DNA of 26,367 nucleotides from a virus (IMGVR_UViG_3300017754_002918:1-26367), one strand, 5' to 3'; shown: positions 18,049-24,773, counted from the stretch's first letter. Numbers and translations are program-made. Notes: generated from the sequence alone by a model not told the origin.

Positions 18049-18080
18049 CAAAGATAAGTAATCTTTTTTAATCCACCAAA
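18049..18080 (-). promoter_or_regulatory. Bacteroidota-type promoter
   Basis: TTTG (18077-18080), 20 nt, TATCTTTG (18049-18056). Confidence 0.7.
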
Positions 18081-18976
18081 ACTTTTTTTGAATTATTTCT
18101 TCTTTTTAATAACGCATCCTTCTTTGATAATAAAAACTTTACCTTTGGGTTTGGCGAATCTTCATTATATGGTATTAGTTCATTAACCCTTACCTTGGAC
18201 AATTCAACATATTCCTCATTTAAATCAATCCCAACAAAGTTTCTATTATTTAATTTCGCCATCTTTAATGTTGTACCACTACCACACATCGGATCCAATA
18301 TTAAATCACCTTCTTCTGACCACGATAAAATGTGATCTTCAGCCAATGATTCAGGAAAGATTGCTGGATGTTTAAAAGCAATATCATCCTTTGATGAAAA
18401 CCCCTTACCATTATTTATATACCAAACATTATATCTTGTCCCAAACTCAGATACAACAAACTTGTCAACTTTTTTTAAATTACCATCCTTCTCCCTTTTT
18501 GATGGATCACCAAAATTGCTATGTCCCGCCCATCTGTTTGGTTTATCTTTTAATAAGTTAACGGTTTTTGGTGTACCCTTTGATAAAATAAACATATACT
18601 CAAAAACTTGTGAATATCTACCCGTTTCAGGAAATGGTGCACCATTTTTGTGGTATATCATAGTATCATACAAAGTAAACCCAATTTCCATAAATTTTAA
18701 TGCCTGTCTGAATGAACTTCCAGTTTCACCACCATTTTTAACTTGATCATTCACAACCCAAACTACAACACCACCTTTTTTTGTGACACGATAAAGTTCC
18801 CTTGCCATTTCAACAAAAGGGAAACTAAAACCATCTTCATATACAACATCATCCTTAATCTTACCATTATATGTTCTAAGATTGTCATATGGTGGTGATG
18901 TTACAGTTAAGTCAAATGTGTTATCATCATACGTTTTTAACACCTCAACAGCATTTCCCAATATCACTTCATTCAT
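18068..18976 (-). CDS. Beta-class N4-cytosine/N6-adenine DNA methyltransferase (orphan)
   Basis: Motif IV TSPPY near the N-terminus, HPAIFP, motif I ILDPMCGSGTT near the C-terminus; no adjacent endonuclease. Confidence 0.92.
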   Translation of the reverse strand: MNEVILGNAVEVLKTYDDNTFDLTVTSPPYDNLRTYNGKIKDDVVYEDGFSFPFVEMARELYRVTKKGGVVVWVVNDQVKNGGETGSSFRQALKFMEIGFTLYDTMIYHKNGAPFPETGRYSQVFEYMFILSKGTPKTVNLLKDKPNRWAGHSNFGDPSKREKDGNLKKVDKFVVSEFGTRYNVWYINNGKGFSSKDDIAFKHPAIFPESLAEDHILSWSEEGDLILDPMCGSGTTLKMAKLNNRNFVGIDLNEEYVELSKVRVNELIPYNEDSPNPKVKFLLSKKDALLKRRNNSKKVLVD

Positions 18977-18992
18977 AATTAAAAAGTTTTTG

Positions 18993-19064
18993 CACGTCCA
19001 CTAGGACTTGAACCCAGACAAACGGATTTGGAATCCGTTATGCTACCAATTACATCATAGACGC
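18993..19064 (-). tRNA. tRNA-Trp(CCA)
   Basis: Acceptor GCGTCTA/TGGACGT, anticodon arm ACGGA-TTCCAAA-TCCGT, T arm CTGGG-TTCAAGT-CCTAG. Confidence 0.9.
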
Positions 19065-19141
19065 AGTTGCTCGTCTTTCCGAGCCGTACAACAAGGATAT
19101 TCTTATGCGCTATTAAGGACTCTCTTGTGCTTCCTTATTTG

Positions 19142-19214
19142 TAGTTCTATCAGGGTTCGAACCTGAACGATTTCTTTAGAAGAGAAATATGCTATCCAAT
19201 TACATCATAGAACC
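19142..19214 (-). tRNA. tRNA-Arg(UCU)
   Basis: Acceptor GGTTCTA/TAGAACT, anticodon arm TTTCT-CTTCTAA-AGAAA, T arm TCAGG-TTCGAAC-CCTGA. Confidence 0.9.
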
Positions 19215-19233
19215 TTTTACCGTTTCTGTCTTA

Positions 19234-19263
19234 CAAAGATAAACAATTAATTTTAATTGACAA
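19234..19263 (-). promoter_or_regulatory. Bacteroidota-type promoter for the tRNA cluster
   Basis: TTG (19261-19263), 19 nt, TATCTTTG (19234-19241). Confidence 0.75.
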
Positions 19264-19273
19264 GTACCAAAAA

Positions 19274-19304
19274 CAAAAAACCCACCTTTTTTGAAGATGG
19301 GTTT
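19274..19304 (-). terminator. Rho-independent terminator
   Basis: AAACCCATCTT-CAAAA-AAGGTGGGTTT followed by a T-run on the minus strand. Confidence 0.75.
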
Positions 19305-19326
19305 AAATTTTTTATGTAATATTTTT

Positions 19327-19575
19327 TTAATATTCATTATCACCGTTAATGATAAAATCATATATCACATCAACATATTCTTCATCCGACATTTCAGGTT
19401 CATAAAACCTTGAGTTTTCAAACTCCTCAAACCACCCTGAATATGGATGTAATCCATATTTACCAAGTTCATCCAATATGTAATCATAATCCCTTTCATA
19501 ATGATTATTTTCTTTAATCACTCGTTTAACAATCCTTGTTAAATCTGCTTCCGTTAGTTTAATAATTCTTTTCAT
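19327..19575 (-). CDS. Small acidic protein with N-terminal KRIIKLTE-x-DL motif
   Basis: Shares its N-terminal motif with 19581-19856, 24798-25097 and 25365-25919. Confidence 0.75.
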   Translation of the reverse strand: MKRIIKLTEADLTRIVKRVIKENNHYERDYDYILDELGKYGLHPYSGWFEEFENSRFYEPEMSDEEYVDVIYDFIINGDNEY

Positions 19576-19580
19576 ACTAA

Positions 19581-19856
19581 TTAAAATCCTTCTTTATTCA
19601 ATAATTCTTCCATTTCAGAAGCAATGTCATGATAACCTTCATCAAACAACACATCAACAATATCTTGTTCTGACATCAAGTTAATATCGTGAATATCATA
19701 ACCACATTCCATTTCCAAGATGTCTCTTGCTTCTTCAATAAGTTCTTTTAATCTTTCTTCACCCTTATCAACCATACCAACTGGTTCATCTTCTTTAATG
19801 ATTTTTTTGATAACTTTAATAAGTTGTGATTCTGTTAATCTTATAATTTTTGCCAT
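19581..19856 (-). CDS. Small acidic protein with N-terminal KIIRLTESQL motif
   Basis: Same motif; preceded by ATATTTATA. Confidence 0.75.
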   Translation of the reverse strand: MAKIIRLTESQLIKVIKKIIKEDEPVGMVDKGEERLKELIEEARDILEMECGYDIHDINLMSEQDIVDVLFDEGYHDIASEMEELLNKEGF

Positions 19857-19898
19857 AATGTTTTTTTTATATAAATATATGACATCACTAAAAAATCA

Positions 19899-20354
19899 TC
19901 ATCTACAATGATAATCAGCAGCCTTTGTTGCTATTTGGTTATTTGGTTTGATGTTTGTTTTGTAACCTAATGATGATGCCCAACCCACAGTTGCTTGAAC
20001 AAGTTTGGAACTAAAATGTCTATCATCACAATTATAATCTAAATCAATTTCTATTTTAACATTCATTTGTTTTGTTATCCATTCAGCCAGTTGAATTGAT
20101 TGTTCGGCTTCATTCCACAATCTTGTCCATTTATCTTTAATCTTTTTTGTTTTGTATTTGTGGTAAATATAATGGACACCTCTATTTCCATATCTATAGG
20201 CAATGGCAATAACATAAACAGTACTTCTTCTGTGATTTTGTGAATCAGTACCGATATGTATTTCAACCATTGGGTAGTCGTTAATTATATCCAATGTGTG
20301 TGTTATAACATCACTCACAACTTCTCCCGACACTTTCCTAAATAACTTCTTCAT
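19899..20354 (-). CDS. RNase H-like YkuK/DUF458 family protein (start re-assigned to MKKLFRK)
   Basis: IHIGTDSQNH, RLWNEA, EIDLDYN, IKP...ATKAAD motifs; the track start (TTG 20381) lies in the truncated repeat. Confidence 0.8.
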   Translation of the reverse strand: MKKLFRKVSGEVVSDVITHTLDIINDYPMVEIHIGTDSQNHRRSTVYVIAIAYRYGNRGVHYIYHKYKTKKIKDKWTRLWNEAEQSIQLAEWITKQMNVKIEIDLDYNCDDRHFSSKLVQATVGWASSLGYKTNIKPNNQIATKAADYHCR

Positions 20355-20359
20355 TTTTT

Positions 20360-20581
20360 TTAAATTGTATACCTCATCCAACTATCTGTAAAACAACAGT
20401 TGCTGTCAATTCGTTGTGACTCCCCTTAAATTGTATACCTCACCCAACGTGTGGTCATACCCAATGTAACAATAAATGGTTGTGACCCCTCTTAAATTGT
20501 ATACATCACCCAACTACCCAAGTAGTGTTTAACTCTGTTGTTTGAGTTGTGACCCCTCTTAAATTGTATACATCACCCAAC
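20360..20581. CRISPR. CRISPR-like mini-array 1: three full 36-bp repeats, one truncated repeat, three spacers
   Basis: Repeats at 20360-20382 (23-bp partial), 20413-20448 GTTGTGACTCCCCTTAAATTGTATACCTCACCCAAC, 20479-20514 and 20546-20581 GTTGTGACCCCTCTTAAATTGTATACATCACCCAAC. Unique spacers of 30, 30 and 31 bp (20383-20412, 20449-20478, 20515-20545). Confidence 0.85.
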
Positions 20582-20913
20582 CATTCCTTCGTTAAGTCTT
20601 GTATTTCTTTATGATATAGTCCAAAATTAGAACGTAAAAATGACCAAATATCATCATAATCTATGTTAACAATTTCATTTTTTGTATCGTAAATCATAAA
20701 ATTATAACCTTTTTTATAACGAAATAAAATCAAATGTCCTTTCTCTTTTGATTGAACTTGTTCCAAGTCATCAAATAAATGAAGAAAGTCCATCGGAGTT
20801 TCAATATTTAATAATTGACAAAATATATCAAAGTCACCTACCATACTTACAGTATCATTAACACCACTTTCTTTAATATTATCAATTAATGTTATTTCAA
20901 GTTGATTATTCAT
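20506..20913 (-). CDS. Array-associated hypothetical protein, paralog 1 (135 aa; start re-assigned to MNNQLE)
   Basis: 76/100 residues identical (hand count) to the 25995->26367 protein over MVGDF...RGVTT; its C-terminus is encoded by a repeat and a spacer. Confidence 0.85.
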   Translation of the reverse strand: MNNQLEITLIDNIKESGVNDTVSMVGDFDIFCQLLNIETPMDFLHLFDDLEQVQSKEKGHLILFRYKKGYNFMIYDTKNEIVNIDYDDIWSFLRSNFGLYHKEIQDLTKEWLGDVYNLRGVTTQTTELNTTWVVG

Positions 20914-20918
20914 AATAA

Positions 20919-20926
20919 CAAATATA
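20919..20926 (-). promoter_or_regulatory. Bacteroidota -7 promoter element for the gene-array module
   Basis: TATATTTG ending 5 nt before ATG 20913, so the transcript would be near-leaderless; overlaps the tail of the dnaK terminator. Confidence 0.6.
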
Positions 20927-20962
20927 CAAAAAACCCCCATAACAAAAAACAGTCTGGGGGTT
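20927..20962 (-). terminator. dnaK terminator
   Basis: AACCCCCA...TGGGGGTT followed by a T-run. Confidence 0.75.
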
Positions 20963-20971
20963 AATTTAAAA

Positions 20972-22819
20972 TTATTTTACTTCCTCATAGTCAACATCAT
21001 CACCCATCGGTTCTGTTGTTGTTGATTCATACATCTTTTGACTTATTTCATGGAATTTTGAATTCAATTCATCTGTTAAAATTTTAACTTGTTCAATATT
21101 TTTATTTGTGTGTTGTTCTTTTAATTTTTGAATTGATGTTTTTATTTCACCCTTTTGTTCATCAGTTAATTTATCATCCAAATCTTTTAAGTGTTTATCA
21201 GCATTAAACAATGCACTATCAGCTGAATTCATAATATCAGCATCTTCTCTTAATTTCTGATCAGCTTCAGCATTTGCTTCAGCTTCTTGTTTCATCTTCT
21301 CTATTTCTTCTTTTGATAAGCCCGAAGATGATTCAATTCTAATTGATTGTGCTTTATTTGTTCCCTTATCAAGAGCAGAAACATTAATAATACCATTCGC
21401 ATCAATATCAAACGTCACCTCAATTTGTGGAATCCCTCTTTGTGATGGTGGAATCCCATCCAAGTGAAATCTTCCAATCGTTTTATTATCTTTTGCCATT
21501 GCTCGTTCACCTTGTAAAACGTGTATTTCAACGGATGGTTGGTTATCAGATGCTGTTGAAAAGACCTGTGATTTTTTTGTTGGTATTGTTGTGTTTGCGT
21601 CAATTAATTTTGTAAATACACCACCCATTGTTTCAATACCCAATGATAATGGTGTCACATCCAATAATAATACATCTTTAACATCACCAGCCAATACACC
21701 ACCTTGAATTGCTGCCCCCAATGCAACAACTTCATCAGGATTCACACCTTTTGATGGTTCCTTACCAAAGAAGTTTTTAACCGCTTCTTGAATTGTGGGA
21801 ATTCTGGTTGTTCCACCAACCAAAATGATTTCATCAATATCTGTTGTTTTTAACCCAGCATTTTTTAATGCCGTTTTGCATGGTTCAATGGTTCTTTTAA
21901 CCAATTCATCAATAAGTTGTTCAAACTTTGCTCTTGTTAATGTTACAACCAAGTGTTTTGGTATACCATCAACAGGTAACAAATATGGTAAATTTATTTC
22001 AGTAGATGATGTTGATGATAACTCAATTTTTGCCTTCTCTGCAGCTTCCTTTAATCTTTGTAACGCCATTGGATCTTCACTCGGATCAATGTTGTTCTCT
22101 TTTTTAAATTCCTCAACCAAAAAGTTAATGATGGCTTGATCAAAATCATCACCACCCAAATGTGTATCACCATCGGTTGATAGCACCTCAAATACACCAT
22201 CACCCAGTTCCAATACCGAAACATCATGCGTTCCCCCACCGCAGTCAAACACAACCACTTTTGAATCCTTGTTCTTCTTATCTAACCCATATGCCAAAGC
22301 AGCAGCCGTTGGTTCATTGATAATACGTCTAACTTTAAGTCCCGCAATTTCACCAGCTTCTTTTGTTGCTTGTCGTTGCGCATCATTAAAATAAGCAGGT
22401 ACAGTAATAACAGCTTCGGTTACTTCAGACCCCAAATAATCTTCAGCAGTTTGTTTCATCTTTTGTAGAATAACTGCCGATATTTCTTGTGGTGAATATT
22501 CCCTATCATCAATTTTAACTCTTGGTGAATTGTTTTTACCTTTAATAACTGAATAAGGTACACGTTTTAATTCATCTTTTACATCATCATAACTTGAACC
22601 CATAAAACGTTTAACTGATGATATTGTTTTTGTTGGATTGGTAACCGCTTGTCGTTTTGCAGGATCACCAACCTTACGTTCACCTTCACTTATGTACCCA
22701 ACCACAGATGGTGTTGTACGTTTACCTTCCCCATTTGAAATAACCACAGGTTCGTTACCTTCCATTACGGCAACACACGAGTTAGTTGTTCCTAAATCAA
22801 TTCCGATTATTTTACCCAT
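20972..22819 (-). CDS. dnaK: Chaperone DnaK (Hsp70)
   Basis: [64 protein letters not shown]; Bacteroidota-style [10 protein letters not shown] segment. Confidence 0.98.
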   Translation of the reverse strand: MGKIIGIDLGTTNSCVAVMEGNEPVVISNGEGKRTTPSVVGYISEGERKVGDPAKRQAVTNPTKTISSVKRFMGSSYDDVKDELKRVPYSVIKGKNNSPRVKIDDREYSPQEISAVILQKMKQTAEDYLGSEVTEAVITVPAYFNDAQRQATKEAGEIAGLKVRRIINEPTAAALAYGLDKKNKDSKVVVFDCGGGTHDVSVLELGDGVFEVLSTDGDTHLGGDDFDQAIINFLVEEFKKENNIDPSEDPMALQRLKEAAEKAKIELSSTSSTEINLPYLLPVDGIPKHLVVTLTRAKFEQLIDELVKRTIEPCKTALKNAGLKTTDIDEIILVGGTTRIPTIQEAVKNFFGKEPSKGVNPDEVVALGAAIQGGVLAGDVKDVLLLDVTPLSLGIETMGGVFTKLIDANTTIPTKKSQVFSTASDNQPSVEIHVLQGERAMAKDNKTIGRFHLDGIPPSQRGIPQIEVTFDIDANGIINVSALDKGTNKAQSIRIESSSGLSKEEIEKMKQEAEANAEADQKLREDADIMNSADSALFNADKHLKDLDDKLTDEQKGEIKTSIQKLKEQHTNKNIEQVKILTDELNSKFHEISQKMYESTTTEPMGDDVDYEEVK

Positions 22820-22902
22820 ACTTTTAATTATTTATTTGTTTATTTAATATTAATGAATTTTAATTCAACACAAATAATAACAAAATCATACCAAAAGGTA
22901 AA

Positions 22903-22936
22903 TACTGACAAAATGTCAGGTTTACTGACAAAATGT
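22903..22936. promoter_or_regulatory. Tandem operator-like sites upstream of dnaK
   Basis: TACTGACAAAATGT at 22903-22916 and 22923-22936 (20-bp period); the first is part of the palindrome CTGACA-AAA-TGTCAG (22905-22919). Confidence 0.65.
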
Positions 22937-22943
22937 ATTAAAA

Positions 22944-22973
22944 ACAAAAAACCCCAAACAAAAGTCTGAGGTT
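22944..22973 (-). terminator. Rho-independent terminator
   Basis: AACCTCAGAC-TTTT-GTTTGGGGTT then TTTTG. Confidence 0.75.
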
Positions 22974-22994
22974 CACATAGTAATAATTATTTTT

Positions 22995-23921
22995 TTACAT
23001 TGCGATAAAATCTTCTAACTTGGTAACCCAATTAATAGTCACAAAATCAGATTCCATACCATTCGCTTGTCTTACTTCTTCTGACGTTAACTCTTTATAA
23101 TTATAATATCGTTGGCTATAAGTGAATCCATTATCTAATAGTTCATCTGATATTTCATCAAAATCATCCATATCAATAGATTCACCAACTTCACTAGATA
23201 TCTTATTACCTATGGTTATAATTTTTTGTGATGTAACATCATAGTATAATTCATCACTATCCACTTCACCATTACCACCACAATAATCACAAGCAAAGTC
23301 ACCAGCACCCTCACAATTATCACATTGTTGGTACCTCTTACCTTCACATTCTGAACATTCAAAATTTCCTATACCACCACACGATGTGCATCTTATGTTA
23401 CCTTCACCATCACAATCATCACAATCCACTTCAATTTGATCACCATCGTCATCATCTTCGGTTTGAGTACCTGAACCATTACAATGTCCACATGTTTCAG
23501 TACCATCACCATAACATTCATCACAATCTACATGTCCATTTCCATCACAACTTCTACAATCAATTTCACCATTATCACAATAATCACAAGAAACATAACC
23601 AGCACCACCACAATCACTACATTCCTCTTTTATATTAACTTCATCATTATACCAATCAATTTCTACAACATACAAATTATTAATATTTCTAATCATATCA
23701 TCTTGTGACATATTGGGATCACTAATAATAAAATAAATGATAAAAATTATTTGAATTCTAGGAACTCCAGAATCTACTTTTGTTAATAATAACTTAGCAT
23801 AATAATCACTATTACAAAATTGATTTATAAATCTAGTAGTAACAAGTGATTTATCAGGATATTCATCCTTTATAAAATCATCCAAAGTTTTTGCAATTGC
23901 ATATAATTTTTTAAATTCCAT
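22995..23921 (-). CDS. Acidic protein with ten DnaJ-type CxxCxGxG zinc-finger repeats, no J domain
   Basis: CSDCGGAG, CDYCDNG, CRSCDGNG, CDECYGDG, CGHCNGSG, CDDCDGEG, CTSCGGIG, CSECEGKR, CDNCEGAG, CDYCGGNG; no HPD motif. Confidence 0.85.
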   Translation of the reverse strand: MEFKKLYAIAKTLDDFIKDEYPDKSLVTTRFINQFCNSDYYAKLLLTKVDSGVPRIQIIFIIYFIISDPNMSQDDMIRNINNLYVVEIDWYNDEVNIKEECSDCGGAGYVSCDYCDNGEIDCRSCDGNGHVDCDECYGDGTETCGHCNGSGTQTEDDDDGDQIEVDCDDCDGEGNIRCTSCGGIGNFECSECEGKRYQQCDNCEGAGDFACDYCGGNGEVDSDELYYDVTSQKIITIGNKISSEVGESIDMDDFDEISDELLDNGFTYSQRYYNYKELTSEEVRQANGMESDFVTINWVTKLEDFIAM

Positions 23922-23946
23922 ATTTATAAATACATCAAAAAAAAGT

Positions 23947-24007
23947 AAACCATAACGGGATTCAAACCCGCACCTAAATTTGTGCTAACCAATTACACCA
24001 TATGGTT
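23947..24007 (-). ncRNA. tRNA-like RNA lacking an anticodon arm (61 nt)
   Basis: Perfect acceptor AACCATA/TATGGTT, D arm GTGT-AATTGGTTA-GCAC, T arm GCGGG-TTTGAAT-CCCGT, only AAATTTAGGT between the D and T arms. Confidence 0.7.
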
Positions 24008-24011
24008 TATC

Positions 24012-24090
24012 TTGTTATTCTTAACTACCGAGTTACTTTATCTTTTTTGCATTTACGGCCGTGTATTAGACAAAAGGGTTAAAATAACAA
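24012..24090 (-). ncRNA. Possible structured RNA immediately 5' of the tRNA-like element
   Basis: Closing stem TTGTTATTTTAAC/GTTAAGAATAACAA; no ORF; ATATTTATA motif at 24109-24117. Confidence 0.4.
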
Positions 24091-24123
24091 ATTCCCTAAG
24101 AGGTTATTTATAAATATCATAAA

Positions 24124-24423
24124 CTATATAATTGAATCCAAACTTTGCACCTCAATCATTAAAAAATTAACCTGTCCCGATGTTAAATGTCCAATTACAT
24201 CATTAGAAATTTCTGTATCATAACAAAGTTCCCAATTGTCGTTATTACCCTTCAATATCGCAACTTCCCATTCATCATCATTTGACGTATATGAACCATA
24301 ACCCCCATGTGATAGTTTAAACCTTACAATAGACACCCCATACCCATTTGGGAAGAAGATTATACCATGTATACCACTACCCGCAGGATGGGGTTTAAAT
24401 TCAACATCATCAATTGATTTCAT
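24124..24423 (-). CDS. Hypothetical phage protein
   Basis: FPNGYGVSIV...WEVAIL...YDTEI..DVIGHL pattern. Confidence 0.8.
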   Translation of the reverse strand: MKSIDDVEFKPHPAGSGIHGIIFFPNGYGVSIVRFKLSHGGYGSYTSNDDEWEVAILKGNNDNWELCYDTEISNDVIGHLTSGQVNFLMIEVQSLDSII

Positions 24424-24512
24424 CTTCTTTTTGTTCGTATTGATTTATATCATTAAGATACACAAAATAATCTTCACTTTGTATAAACTCATAATGTAAT
24501 TGTTCAAAAATA

Positions 24513-24704
24513 TCACACATTAATTCCTATTTTTTTTATTTGAAATGACGCATTACACCTTGAATTGGTTTCTAAATTCTCTTTAATTCTCTCAGCATCA
24601 TAATAATTGTCAAACTCCCAAACTTCATTCTCAACATTCAACAATACCACAGGTAAACTCTTTTTATTCACCCTTGTTTTTACATTTTTTACTATCACAA
24701 ACAT
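24513..24704 (-). CDS. Hypothetical protein
   Basis: 63-aa ORF downstream of a terminator. Confidence 0.65.
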   Translation of the reverse strand: MFVIVKNVKTRVNKKSLPVVLLNVENEVWEFDNYYDAERIKENLETNSRCNASFQIKKIGINV

Positions 24705-24730
24705 AACTCTTTATTTTTATGTAAAACTAA

Positions 24731-24773
24731 CAAAAAAAAGTCCCCCAAACAACTTTTTAAAGGACTTTTTTTG
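24731..24773. terminator. Rho-independent terminator
   Basis: AAAAAAAGTCC...GGACTTTTTTT inverted repeat. Confidence 0.65.

Noticed and set aside
18068-18976. Restriction-modification system
   Set aside because: No endonuclease neighbour; an orphan methyltransferase is common in phages.
20355-20381. Track start MDEVYNLKK for the YkuK-like gene
   Set aside because: The TTG lies within the truncated repeat; ATG 20354 is the more plausible start.
20360-20581. Ordinary in-frame 22-aa tandem protein repeat (66-bp unit)
   Set aside because: The intervening segments are unrelated, two are 29 or 31 bp and two contain stops in the repeat frame.
22878-22895. Sigma-54 promoter upstream of dnaK (TGGTATGATTTTGT)
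   Set aside because: GG-to-G(C/T) spacing is one base short of the -24/-12 consensus.
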